The notes beneath the pieces were generated by a model. The model made no database searches, had not been told where the DNA came from, and worked only from the letters and a program-made list of their open reading frames with translations. From a virus (lineage: Duplodnaviria; Caudoviricetes): a stretch of 64,000 bases of DNA. The first letter of the stretch is position 1; each line of letters begins with the position of its first letter. Below are positions 27,095 to 36,705 of this stretch, piece by piece. The translations under genes were made by a program, and so were the position numbers. Location of the stretch: positions 160,001-224,000 of IMG/VR virus record IMGVR_UViG_3300049144_000095. The stretch is one strand, 5' to 3'.

Positions 27095-27790
27095 CTACTT
27101 GCCGCTCTGCGGACGTCGCCTGTCGCGCGGTTCTCGCACTAGAGTCCCTGGGGCCCCCCACTCCTTCACCGCCTTGCGGTGGGCACTTCCACTACCAACG
27201 AACGCAAGGCGAGGCGTGCACCGATAGAACCTGGTCCTGCCTACTCTCTTCGCTTCAATCAAGAGCTGCGCCGCCAACAACACCTTGGTGGCCCGACCGA
27301 TGGCATCGGGATGCATGCCCAGCTCTTCAGCGATTTCCGCTTGCGTTTGCTCAACAGCACCCTGACTCCTCTCCGTGGCGCACCAGTACCAGACCAGCAC
27401 CCGGAACTCCCCGTCCGTCAAGCCGGACGCTGCGGAGGCCAGCTCTCTACCCTGACGGACTCCGATCGCAGCGTGAGGACCGTCGAATGCGTAGGCGCCT
27501 GGACGTCCCCTGCTTGCACCCGACCAACCGCGAACCGCCTCGGAGATCAGCGGCAGTGGATCCTCATCGCCGAAGTCGAACCACTCCCCGTGCACCCGCC
27601 TGGTGGCGAACCCTTCATGGAGGAAGTTCTCTAGATCTTGCGGTCCGGGGTGGGTGTCCAGGAGTTTCAGCCTGTAGGCCGAGCCCGTTTGAAGTTGCCT
27701 GAGCCTCCTTTCGGGCGCATCGCTCCAGCCGATCTTGACTCGGTTGCCCAGCTCGTCGGCCCCCATCACGTACACGAAGCCGTCACCCAT
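27095..27790 (-). CDS. GIY-YIG (T5orf172/MUG113-like) domain fused to Rep-like winged helix
   Basis: GFVYVMG...VKIGWS...RRLRQLQTG...LE..LH..F...R..GEWF; C-terminal LTDGEFRVL...TQAEIAEELGMHPDAIGRATKVL...FYRCTP. Confidence 0.75.
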   Translation of the reverse strand: MGDGFVYVMGADELGNRVKIGWSDAPERRLRQLQTGSAYRLKLLDTHPGPQDLENFLHEGFATRRVHGEWFDFGDEDPLPLISEAVRGWSGASRGRPGAYAFDGPHAAIGVRQGRELASAASGLTDGEFRVLVWYWCATERSQGAVEQTQAEIAEELGMHPDAIGRATKVLLAAQLLIEAKRVGRTRFYRCTPRLAFVGSGSAHRKAVKEWGAPGTLVREPRDRRRPQSGK

Positions 27791-27958
27791 CTCTTCTCCT
27801 CTCCATAAGCGAGAGCGGGAAGCTGGTGGGCTTCCCGCTCTCGCTTCTTCTGCATCAGGCTGCATGACGCTGTTCCTTAGAGGCACAAACGCCATACAGC
27901 CGTTCATCATGCTGTTGCCGTCGGGCACAGTCCCAGGTGGAACCGTGCCCGACGATCT

Positions 27959-28288
27959 CTACGCAGTCCGCCGCAACGGCACCACGTTGTTCAGCTTGGG
28001 CTCCGCCTCCGGGCCGAGTCCGTAGTAGCGAACGTTGCCGTGCCTGGAGGCGACCCGAAGCCAGCCCGCCTCCAGGAGGCGCGGAATCGTCCTGGACAGA
28101 AGGGGCCGGTTCATGCCGATCTCCTCAGCGACCCTCTCGCCCGTCATGACCACGGCGTCGTTGAAGTCGGGGTCTTTCTGGGTCGTGAGGTAGAACAGGG
28201 CGATTCGCATCTGGGGATGCGGCAAGTCCATCACCTTGCGCAGCACCTTGGGCTCGACGCCTTCCGAGACAAGCGGTGCGCTGTTCAT
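27959..28288 (-). CDS. winged-helix (MarR/RepL-like) protein
   Basis: MTGERVAEEIGMNRPLLSRTIPRLLEAGWL...RHGNVRYY. Confidence 0.75.
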   Translation of the reverse strand: MNSAPLVSEGVEPKVLRKVMDLPHPQMRIALFYLTTQKDPDFNDAVVMTGERVAEEIGMNRPLLSRTIPRLLEAGWLRVASRHGNVRYYGLGPEAEPKLNNVVPLRRTA

Positions 28289-28770
28289 GCTGTCCGACCT
28301 TTCTTCTGTGGAGCGCCGGGAACGACGGGGATCCGGTGCGCTGCTGCATCTTGACGCTGCTGCTCACCGCCCACTCGTGAGGCGTGGTGTGGGCTGACCT
28401 TGTAGTAGATGACACGCCCGTGCTTCTCGGCCTCGATCAGGTACCCAGCCTTGGTCAGGCGCTTGATCGCGGTCGCTACGGTGCGGGCGCTGATTCCGAG
28501 GTAATCGGACATCTTCGCGCGAGGCCAGCGGAGCACGTCTCCGCGCCGTTCCGGACCGTGCACGTGAAGCGCGAGCACGTCCCGGTCTGATGGCGTCAGA
28601 CCGCTCTCCTTGGACAGGATTTGCAGGCCGGTTCTGTTGCTTACTGCTGTGAAACCTCCCGGAAAGTTGTAGGCAGGCGGGCGACGGTCACCGTCCAGAT
28701 CGACGTACTCATGGACCTCACCCGTCGCGGGGTCGGCGAAGCGCCGCACCGGAGCGGGGTTTGCTGACAT
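28285..28770 (-). CDS. winged-helix Rep-like protein
   Basis: GLTPSDRDVL...KMSDYLGISARTVATAIKRLTKAGYLIEAEKHGRVIYYKVSP. Confidence 0.75.
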   Translation of the reverse strand: MSANPAPVRRFADPATGEVHEYVDLDGDRRPPAYNFPGGFTAVSNRTGLQILSKESGLTPSDRDVLALHVHGPERRGDVLRWPRAKMSDYLGISARTVATAIKRLTKAGYLIEAEKHGRVIYYKVSPHHASRVGGEQQRQDAAAHRIPVVPGAPQKKGRTA

Positions 28771-29045
28771 GCCAGCAAGCCGGACCTTTCCCCTGGGAAC
28801 AATGGACGTGGCGATGGTTGCACATCACTGTTCCTCACAACAACAGTCCCACGCTGTCGTGCAGTTTTCTCCCCCGCCCGGGTGAGTCCCGGTCACATTT
28901 CGGAGCGCGAGCTGCTTCTGCGGGTGCGCACGGGAAGGGGTGCCCGATGCATCTGATGGGGCACGGCAAAGTGCATCCCAGCGCACAACACTGTGCTTCT
29001 GAGTAACAGTGAAACGCCTCTCGCTGCACTTTGAGACGTCTCCGG

Positions 29046-29122
29046 TTGCATGATGAGCAGCTCCTGATTGCATGATGAGTCATCCCGCGTTGCATGATGA
29101 AACGTCTGCGATTGCATGATCA
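29046..29122 (+). repeat. four direct repeats TTGCATGAT(G/C)A at exact 22-bp period (iteron-like)
   Basis: copies start at 29046, 29068, 29090, 29112. Confidence 0.85.
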
Positions 29123-29718
29123 GTGGGTGCATTTGCGCAGGTCAGAGCCCTGCAAGTCGCTCGCTCCTCTAAGTACACCAAGGAGGACGGCCACCCTCCG
29201 CACCGTACGGGTGACCCTGCGGTCCTCGCGCAAGCGCTGCGGTCCTCGGGGGGACCCCGAGCGGTACTCATTCGCCCGCGCCGCCGTCTTGGCCGGGGTG
29301 AGCAACAACAAGGAGGCGTGGCTGGTGCCGGATGGGGCTGACGTGACATACGCGCGCCCGACCGTTCGGCCCGCCCGCCGTCGTGGCGGGCTTTCGTCGG
29401 CTAAGGTCTCGACGGGGGGACTGAGGTGTCCCACGCCTGTGGAGGCACCCGGAAAGGGCGAAGCCCGATCGGGTAACGCCGACCGGGCTTCCGTGCCCCG
29501 CCTGATGAACGAAGCAACATCCACTGTACCAGCAGGAGTTCGGGTGAACGGGGCATCGCTGGGAAGGCCGTTTGTGCGGGCCGGGCCCGAGGCTGGTGCC
29601 GCCGACTCCTACGGTTACAGCGGCTGACGTGCCAGCTCCGGGCTCGACCCCCACGCTTACGGCGGCGAAGCTCCAGCGGGTAGGACGGTCACTACGGTAT
29701 CGACGGATACCGGTATCG

Positions 29719-30072
29719 CTATCGGACGGTGGTCCACCCGCCGCAGGTACGGCAGGACACGGCGACGGGTACGTCCGCCTGGTCCGCCTCGTCGAGCGTG
29801 CGGGCGATCATGTCCTGCGTGGCGGCGGCCACCGTCCAGCCGGTGCTCTCCGTCGAGGGGAGGCGCGGGCAGCCTTCCTGGTGGACGCTGACGCGCCTCA
29901 CGTGAGTGCCGTTGCGGAGGGTGGCTGCCCGCCGGATCGCCAGAGCGAGGGGCGGGGTTCGGCTTGCCGGGGATCCGGGCCGGGCCGTGACCACCTTGAG
30001 GGGTTCCGGGTTGATCTCCAGGCGCCGGTCGTTGATCATCTGCCTCTCCTCACCCCTGGGCATGGACGTCAT
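29719..30072 (-). CDS. hypothetical protein with C-terminal CxxC
   Basis: 117-aa ORF; overlapping alternatives exist. Confidence 0.45.
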   Translation of the reverse strand: MTSMPRGEERQMINDRRLEINPEPLKVVTARPGSPASRTPPLALAIRRAATLRNGTHVRRVSVHQEGCPRLPSTESTGWTVAAATQDMIARTLDEADQADVPVAVSCRTCGGWTTVR

Positions 30073-30125
30073 TCTCCCACCTCTCCCTCGCTCCCCACCC
30101 GGGATCTTGCTGTGCCATCAGGTGT

Positions 30126-30248
30126 GACTTTAGACAAAAGGAGCCCACCACCCACTAAGGGAGGTCGCGCGCGGCGCCGCCCCGCACGTTCCGCACTACG
30201 TCAACCACCCCGCCTCTTGGGTTGGGGCAGCTCCTTTTGTCTAAAGTC
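30126..30248. repeat. 123-bp element bounded by perfect 19-bp AT-rich inverted repeats
   Basis: GACTTTAGACAAAAGGAGC (30126-30144) / GCTCCTTTTGTCTAAAGTC (30230-30248). Confidence 0.8.
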
Positions 30249-30380
30249 GATGCCGGATAGGATGAAGTCACGGATGAGACAGGCTGGTTGACGGTGAACC
30301 CGGCCTCCTGGCGGCTAGACCGCTCTCTCGTCCGACTTGATCAGCTACCGTGCGATCCCCGCGCAGACAGGACGTCCTTC

Positions 30381-31037
30381 ATGCCCAACGACCGCTTTGA
30401 TCCGCGCTACAAGCCCACTCGTGAGGACGTGTGGATCGCCGTGGGCCTTCCCGACCCCAACCCCCGGAGCGGCCCCGCTGACCCCGACCCCTTCAACATG
30501 AGCCAGCACCCTTCGACCGAGTTCGAGATCGCCAGCCGCATCGCACGGATCCGGACTCTGCCCCCTCATAGCTCGAACGAGGTCGGCCGCGTCCTGCAAC
30601 GGAACCGGCTGCGGGAACTGCTCGACGAGATGGTGACCGAGGGAATGCTGGTCGGCCTCCCCCGCAGCGAATGGGCCGCCATGAGGCGAGAGCCCAAGAG
30701 CCGAGCCAAGGACACCCTGTACGCCCACCCGGTCCTCGTGAAGCTGTGGACGGAAATGGATGAGGCGCGGGCGCTCGCAGCCGCCGCCACCGAGTACCGG
30801 CTCCTCCTTCCTGAAGGCGGCGGAGTCGAGGTGCGAGCAGCCCGACGGCCGCCCGGCCAGGGAAGCGGCTGGGCTGTCTCGGTCATGCGCAGCGGCGGCG
30901 GCCCGGCGTGGACCACCGAAGGGTGGCAGGAACCCGTTAGCGCACTTTCGGTGGACCGGCTGTTCTGCTGGCCCGAAGCCACCACGGCCATCGCCGAGAT
31001 CCGCACTGCACTGTCACAGCCGGACGCGGGATCCTAG
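30381..31037 (+). CDS. hypothetical protein
   Basis: long ORF; start chosen at ATG 30381. Confidence 0.6.
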   Translation: MPNDRFDPRYKPTREDVWIAVGLPDPNPRSGPADPDPFNMSQHPSTEFEIASRIARIRTLPPHSSNEVGRVLQRNRLRELLDEMVTEGMLVGLPRSEWAAMRREPKSRAKDTLYAHPVLVKLWTEMDEARALAAAATEYRLLLPEGGGVEVRAARRPPGQGSGWAVSVMRSGGGPAWTTEGWQEPVSALSVDRLFCWPEATTAIAEIRTALSQPDAGS

Positions 31038-31370
31038 CGGGCGTGCCTGCTCTCCACGCCGCAGCTCCCGCGTCGGTCGAGAGGAAAGCCGCACTGCGAG
31101 CCGTCCACTGTCGGCGAGCTGCACGTGCTGCATCCGAGGGACCAGTAGTCGTCCCCTTCGTAGAGGTCGCCCATCGGCCAATTGGGGTCGTCCTCAGCGT
31201 CTTCCGGGTGGGGGCCGTACAGCTCGGGCTCGTTCGCCCACCTGATCATCTGCTCGCCCACCGACGGGTACTCCCACTCATTCGCTTCCATGTCCCGTTG
31301 GACGTGCGGATCATGGAGGTTGTTACAGGGCACCCGCCGGGAAGTACAGCAAATCCCGGGCAGTGCCAGG

Positions 31371-32231
31371 ATGTCCGCCATGGACTCCCGCGCCGTACTG
31401 AAGAACTGGATCGGCAACCCGGACCCTGAAGCCGTCCCGCCTCCGGACCGCCGGGGCAGGCGCGGCGCGCACCTGCGCGGAACCAGCCCCGAGCGGTACG
31501 CCGACGACGTCGCCGACTGGCTCACCTTCATCGAGGACGTTGTACGGATCGGCGCCTGGCACGCGGAGCCCTCCCACATCAAGACCTGGCTTGACATGAA
31601 GGGCGGCGCACCCCGCTCCCGAGCCCGCCGCGTCTCCGCCGTCGGGGCGTTCTACGCGTACGCCGTGCACTTCGGGCACGCCCTGCACAACCCCGTCGAC
31701 CCCCGCCTGAGCGGCAAGGCGCACCTCTCCACGCCGCGCCCCCGGCTGAGCGAAGGCCAGGTGCACCTGCTGCGCTGGGGCGCAGACCGACTCGACGGGG
31801 ACTACGCCGAGCGCGACCGGCTCCTCGTCTACCTCATGCTGGCCGGATTGCGCCCCCGACAGGTGGTGGAGCTGGACCTGTCGGGGGTCACCTTCGAGCA
31901 GCACCGCATGACCGCCCTGGTCTGGCAGCGCGGCGGAGGCCTGAGGCGCACGGCCTTCCCCGATGAGGTGCGCGACCTGGTGCGTGCCTACCTGCCGGTC
32001 CGAACTCACAGGGGGCCGGACAGTCACGAGGACAGGGGGCCTCTGCTGGTCACCTACCGGGGGCACCGGCTGGACCTGAACAAGACGCCACACGACATCC
32101 TGAAGATCGCCGTCGCACACGCCCGGAGCTGCCCGGACCCGGATGCGCCGGACCTGCCCGCCCGCGTCAATCCGGACATGGTGGCCCTCTCCCCCAGCCC
32201 CTTCGAGCCGCTGCGGGAAGTGCTGTCGTAA
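31371..32231 (+). CDS. truncated Xer/integrase-like tyrosine recombinase (no H-x-x-R or Tyr box)
   Basis: SAM-like N-domain (RSRARRVSAVGAFYAY...HNP), RDRLLVYLMLAGLR box I; ends VNPDMVALS... before box II. Confidence 0.75.
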   Translation: MSAMDSRAVLKNWIGNPDPEAVPPPDRRGRRGAHLRGTSPERYADDVADWLTFIEDVVRIGAWHAEPSHIKTWLDMKGGAPRSRARRVSAVGAFYAYAVHFGHALHNPVDPRLSGKAHLSTPRPRLSEGQVHLLRWGADRLDGDYAERDRLLVYLMLAGLRPRQVVELDLSGVTFEQHRMTALVWQRGGGLRRTAFPDEVRDLVRAYLPVRTHRGPDSHEDRGPLLVTYRGHRLDLNKTPHDILKIAVAHARSCPDPDAPDLPARVNPDMVALSPSPFEPLREVLS

Positions 32232-32529
32232 TGCGGCCAGCCGAACGCCGTCAACGTGCGGGCAGCCGCAGAAGACGACCATCGCCCCGAATGCTCCCCA
32301 GCGCCAACTGGGGTCGGATGTGGCGATGATCGCCTTCTGCTGGTTGGAGCCCCTGTAGCACCCAGGAGTGATTCCATCGTATCTCCGCGTTCCGGCTCGC
32401 GGCATGTACCCGGAATTGCTGGTGCGATTCTGAATCAACTCGCAGCACCCTCGACGGACTGCACGGTCTCGGAGATTCGCGCTACCGTGAAGAACCTGAT
32501 CGATGAAGCCTGTTCACTGGAGGGTGACC

Positions 32530-32760
32530 ATGACTGGCAGGCCGGACCCCGACGAGGCGTTCGATGCCGAGGAGCTGGCAACGCTCCGCGAAGCAGCCGA
32601 GGAGAAGCGCGCTGCTGGTGATGCAGCTCTGGCCGACGTCCTCGATTACTACGCGGAGAACGGGCTCCCTGTCGCCCAGGAGTGCACCCCCTGGGAGGAG
32701 CTGCGCGACGCGCACTACCGGTCCCTCGGAGTGAAGGTGTCGGGGTCGCATGTCGCCTAG
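32530..32760 (+). CDS. putative antitoxin
   Basis: small acidic ORF directly upstream of and overlapping a RelE-like gene. Confidence 0.6.
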   Translation: MTGRPDPDEAFDAEELATLREAAEEKRAAGDAALADVLDYYAENGLPVAQECTPWEELRDAHYRSLGVKVSGSHVA

Positions 32761-33001
32761 GCATGGTCCGCGCCGGTCTCAGGTGGTGTTCACCGAGGTC
32801 GCGGAGAAGCAGATCGAAACGCTGTCCCTGCCGGAGATGGTGGTCCTTGACCGGGTGATTGTCGCCCTGACGGTCAATCCGTGGCTGGGTGACCTGGTCG
32901 GCAGGACCCCGCTGCGCGAGTACCAGGAGGATGGTGCACGCGTGCTCTACACGACGACCGTCATGGGCTCGGTCATCATCGTGGCCTATCTGGAGGCCTG
33001 A
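32750..33001 (+). CDS. RelE/ParE-like toxin
   Basis: VVFTEVAEKQIETL...LDRVIVALTVNPWLG...LREY....RVLY....VIIVAYLEA. Confidence 0.7.
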   Translation: MSPRHGPRRSQVVFTEVAEKQIETLSLPEMVVLDRVIVALTVNPWLGDLVGRTPLREYQEDGARVLYTTTVMGSVIIVAYLEA

Positions 33002-33264
33002 CCGACTTCGGCACCGAGGTCTGCCCACCTCCAGGGGGTGTGAGTGGTGTGCCGTCGATGCCGTCCGCACGGCCTGCAACGAGACGGGGCGTGCCGCTTC
33101 GGTATGAAGCGGTGCAGGGGCAGTAGCCACTGTCCCTCGACTTCAACATGGTCGCCCCGGTGCTGGCCGCAGCCGTTGTAGTCGCAGATCCAGTAGCCGT
33201 CGCTCCCGTCGGGGCGAACCGGCCCCTCGCGGTGCCAGTGATCCGTGATCAGGGGGCTTGTCAT
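32986..33264 (-). CDS. small Cys/His-rich protein
   Basis: 92-aa ORF. Confidence 0.45.
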   Translation of the reverse strand: MTSPLITDHWHREGPVRPDGSDGYWICDYNGCGQHRGDHVEVEGQWLLPLHRFIPKRHAPSRCRPCGRHRRHTTHTPWRWADLGAEVGQASR

Positions 33265-33294
33265 TCGAGCACGCCCTCCTCTCGTCGCTGCCGG

Positions 33295-33648
33295 TCACGC
33301 CCCATCGTTGATGTGTCTGCCTTCGGCCGCAGACCATGTGGAGTCGCGACGCCTGTTCTCTTCGGAGCTGTCCTTCAGTTCGATCGTCGCCTTGCGGAAC
33401 CGAGTGGAGTGGGCGGATCCTCTTGGATCACTTACGAGTACGGACACCTCCATGAACCAGTTCAGCTCGTAACTGCTGCGCTGTCCGACGATCCAGTGAC
33501 CGGCTTCCTCCAGTGCTTCGAATTCGATGTACCACTGATCCCCGGTCCACTCGGCGGAGATCACCTGAACCTCGCACCGTAGAGCGGGGTTCAGGGGCTC
33601 CCAGCACCAGACAGACCCCTTCTCAATGACCAGGGGGAACTCGGGCAT
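33295..33648 (-). CDS. hypothetical protein
   Basis: 118-aa ORF. Confidence 0.55.
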   Translation of the reverse strand: MPEFPLVIEKGSVWCWEPLNPALRCEVQVISAEWTGDQWYIEFEALEEAGHWIVGQRSSYELNWFMEVSVLVSDPRGSAHSTRFRKATIELKDSSEENRRRDSTWSAAEGRHINDGA

Positions 33649-33672
33649 GGGGTCACAGGGGACGATCACTCT

Positions 33673-33993
33673 CTACTCCTCTTTCGGGTCTTTGATCTCT
33701 GACAGGACGGCGAACTCCAGGGTGTACACCCGGCCGCACTTGTCGTGGCAGACCTCCTCGCCCCAGTCGCGCAGTACGAACCAGGCGTCGCACGGCTCGC
33801 AGTAGACGTTGTAGTCGTCCGCCCCGTCGGCCGTGGCGAGGTCGCGCTTGAGCGGAATCCGTACCACTGCTTTGCCCTTGTCGCGCAGGCGGTGCACGAT
33901 GAGCGACCGAAGACCGCTGTTGCGGGCGTCGCTGCGAGAGCGCGGACTCGTGCGCATCGAAAGCTGCCAGTCCCGGTCCGACAGGAACCCCAT
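33673..33993 (-). CDS. small zinc-ribbon-like protein
   Basis: YCEPC...CHDKCGRVY; ATG after GGAAAGGAGAAGG. Confidence 0.6.
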   Translation of the reverse strand: MGFLSDRDWQLSMRTSPRSRSDARNSGLRSLIVHRLRDKGKAVVRIPLKRDLATADGADDYNVYCEPCDAWFVLRDWGEEVCHDKCGRVYTLEFAVLSEIKDPKEE

Positions 33994-34162
33994 CACCTTC
34001 TCCTTTCCGTTCACGATGAAGCCGGGCGGGGGTGCGCAGGTGTAGCCGGTCCGTCCGCTGGCACCGGCGCAGCCGAACTGGTCAGCCCCCAACCCACGGT
34101 CTTGTCCGGCACACTCTTCCCTGCCTGCCCCGCCCGGCGGTCCTTGTCCGCCTACGCAGGCG

Positions 34163-34519
34163 TTACCTTCTGACGTACTTTCGGTCCACCTCGGACCAGA
34201 CGCACTCCGAGAGGAGGCGGTTCAGGTCCAGGATGGCGTTCGGATGGGCCTCTTCGCACGACGCCCACCCCATCCCCTCGCCAACCTCCCAGCGGGGGTA
34301 TGCGAAGAAACCGTACTCGCGGCATTCAGCAGTGCCGGGCGCTTCGCCGGTCCAGACGGTGCGGCAATCCACGTCCGGCACATGGAACACCTCCACGCCC
34401 GACTGACAGTTGCTGACGCGACGTCGCCCGATCACCGCGCACCAGGCAACCCCGCACTCGCCTTCATGCAGCTCGCCCGGCAGCACCTTGCAGTCCGGGC
34501 AGAGCTGCGGCGTGCTCAC
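34163..34519 (-). CDS. Cys-rich phage-type hypothetical protein
   Basis: CPDC.V.PGELH..EC.V..C...DLNRL. Confidence 0.65.
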   Translation of the reverse strand: MSTPQLCPDCKVLPGELHEGECGVAWCAVIGRRRVSNCQSGVEVFHVPDVDCRTVWTGEAPGTAECREYGFFAYPRWEVGEGMGWASCEEAHPNAILDLNRLLSECVWSEVDRKYVRR

Positions 34520-34848
34520 AGCTCCGCTTCCGGGTCGAGCGCGTTGGCCACGGCTTCGAGCTGAAGGCGTGCCTCGGATCCCTCGGGGTGCCTGGGCGCC
34601 CAGCCGGTGCGAAAGAGGTCGGCGTATTCGGCGCGAACACCCCGCCCGGTCTGCATCCGCTCGTCGGCGATCAGCGAGACTGCCCGGTCGAAGGGAATGT
34701 CGGCCGCGAGCAGCGTATCCAGTAGGTCCCGCTGCTCCGATGGAGTCCGTTTCGCCCGATCGATGGTCCTCTGCTCGGAAGCCTTCACTGCGGCCATCGT
34801 GGTCTCCTCACCCGTCGTCCAGGACTGCTTGTCTCCTGCGGCGCTCAC
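34516..34848 (-). CDS. hypothetical protein
   Basis: 110-aa ORF coupled to downstream gene. Confidence 0.55.
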   Translation of the reverse strand: MSAAGDKQSWTTGEETTMAAVKASEQRTIDRAKRTPSEQRDLLDTLLAADIPFDRAVSLIADERMQTGRGVRAEYADLFRTGWAPRHPEGSEARLQLEAVANALDPEAEL

Positions 34849-34860
34849 GCGTCTCCTCTG

Positions 34861-36150
34861 CTAATCCAGCAGGAACACCTTGGCGTTCTTCGACCAGGGC
34901 GCATCCGCCGGTCCCGCCACATACGGTTCGATCTCCCAGATGCCTTCACGGGTTTCACCTGTGGCCGGGACGTACTGCCGTGTGCGGATCACGGGCCCGA
35001 TGACGGTCTTGACCGTCCACTTGCCACCCCCGCCGCTGCTGGCTGAAGCTCGGTGCTTGAGGGGCTGGCCGATCCGGATGACCTGCACACCGTCATTGAT
35101 GCGCTCCTCCGGAACTCCGGCACGGCGCATGCGCTTGACCGCTGGCCGGGGCGCCGGAATCTCCTCTCGCCGGGCGAGCTTCATCCTGCGGATCGCCAGA
35201 GTGGCCACGAAGGTCTTCACCATCTGCGACAGCATGGGGAGGATCTTCTCGTTGGCCTCGATGAAGCGGTCCGCAACTTGCCCACGCTCCGCTTCACGAA
35301 GATAGGAGGGGTCCGAGCGGACTGTCGACTGAAGGCGTTCCGGCTTGTCGCTCTCGAACCAGCCGAGTGTCGTGCCGAGCGGCAGCACCTGCTCCCTCTC
35401 CAGCGGCTGCGGGTCCGAGAGCTGAAGGGCGACGGCGCTCTTGTCGATGATCGCCCCGGGGGGCAGGTCTGCCTTCTGTGCCTCGATGTGACGCTCGTAG
35501 TTCTGCCGGGCCTTGGAGCCGTCGGTGTAGAACACGACCAGCACCTCCTTGGCGCCGGGCAGGATCCGCCACGACAGGGCGTTCACCGGCGTCTCGGAGT
35601 CGCGGAAGCCTTCCATGACGTCATCGATCACCTCGACATCCACCAGCTCGCCGGAGTCCCTGTCGTACTGGGCGGTGAGCTTGCCTCGTGGCTCGGCCTC
35701 CCCGATGGGGGTGTCCCACATCATGAATCCGCAGGTCATCAGCGACTTCTTCTGCACAGGGTCCAGGTAGAAGAGGTCGAGGTCGAGGCGGAACTCCTTC
35801 ATCTCGGTGCGCGCCGCGAGGTAGGAGATGTCCCGTCCGATGTACAGCAGCTTGGCCTGCTCCAGGGTGAAGGCATGGAAGGCGGCCAGCTCTTCGTAGG
35901 AGCGGAGTGTGGCAGCCTGCTGCACGGTGACCATGTGCTCGTGGGCCACCTCGGGGACGCCGGTCCGGCGCAGGGCACGATCGTAGGTCTCTCGCCGCAG
36001 GGCAAGGGCATCCTTCTCCGGGTTTTCGACTCCCGGCGGCCAGTAGAACGGCGATCCCAGGGCGGCCTTGCCGGACCACAGACGGCCAGCGGAGCGGCGT
36101 GTCCAGTCGGCAAGATCATGAACGAATTCGTGAAGCTGTGCCGGTTCCAT
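34861..36150 (-). CDS. hypothetical protein
   Basis: 430-aa ORF, ATG after GGAAAGAGGAAGAA; C-terminal WTVKTVIGPVIR...IEPYVAGP. Confidence 0.75.
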   Translation of the reverse strand: MEPAQLHEFVHDLADWTRRSAGRLWSGKAALGSPFYWPPGVENPEKDALALRRETYDRALRRTGVPEVAHEHMVTVQQAATLRSYEELAAFHAFTLEQAKLLYIGRDISYLAARTEMKEFRLDLDLFYLDPVQKKSLMTCGFMMWDTPIGEAEPRGKLTAQYDRDSGELVDVEVIDDVMEGFRDSETPVNALSWRILPGAKEVLVVFYTDGSKARQNYERHIEAQKADLPPGAIIDKSAVALQLSDPQPLEREQVLPLGTTLGWFESDKPERLQSTVRSDPSYLREAERGQVADRFIEANEKILPMLSQMVKTFVATLAIRRMKLARREEIPAPRPAVKRMRRAGVPEERINDGVQVIRIGQPLKHRASASSGGGGKWTVKTVIGPVIRTRQYVPATGETREGIWEIEPYVAGPADAPWSKNAKVFLLD

Positions 36151-36231
36151 TTCTTCCTCTTTCCGGTATGACTCTGGCGCGGCACCCCTGAGGCCGCCGC
36201 GCCAGTCTGCCATCTGCCACCGACAGTCGCT

Positions 36232-36705
36232 TCAGCCGTCGGGGATGATCTCGTGTTCGTACGGAAGCCTGCGCAGAGTGCGCTCCAGAGTCCGGCCGAC
36301 CACGCCCGCGCCATCCACGTTCGGCACCTTCATCCTGATCACGACAGTCACCTCCCGGGTGTCACCGTTCTCGGTGCCGCCAAGATCCCGGATCCGCTCC
36401 TCCAGGGCCCCTATCAGGGCTTGCCGACGAATCCAGGCGCTCCCCTGCTCGCTACTGCTGGAGGCGTCAGCCAGTTCTTCCAGGATGGAGTCGTAGTCGT
36501 CGCCTGCCACGTCTCCCCGGGGTGCCGGAATGCCCAGCATCTTGTGGTACATGCCTTCAGCGATGCGGGGTGCCGACCGGAGCAGGTAGTCCCGCAGGTT
36601 CGAGCAGTACTGCAAGCTCATTTCGCTGATCCGGTGACGCTCGCCGCTGCCGTCATACCAGAACTCCGTCTGCCCTAGCAGCACGGCATTGCTCGGCCGC
36701 TTCAC
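36232..36705 (-). CDS. hypothetical protein
   Basis: GTG 36705 overlaps upstream stop. Confidence 0.6.
   Translation of the reverse strand: MKRPSNAVLLGQTEFWYDGSGERHRISEMSLQYCSNLRDYLLRSAPRIAEGMYHKMLGIPAPRGDVAGDDYDSILEELADASSSSEQGSAWIRRQALIGALEERIRDLGGTENGDTREVTVVIRMKVPNVDGAGVVGRTLERTLRRLPYEHEIIPDG

Noticed and set aside
29046-29122. Mini-CRISPR
   Set aside because: 11-bp repeats with 11-bp spacers are far too short; the 22-bp phasing fits iterons
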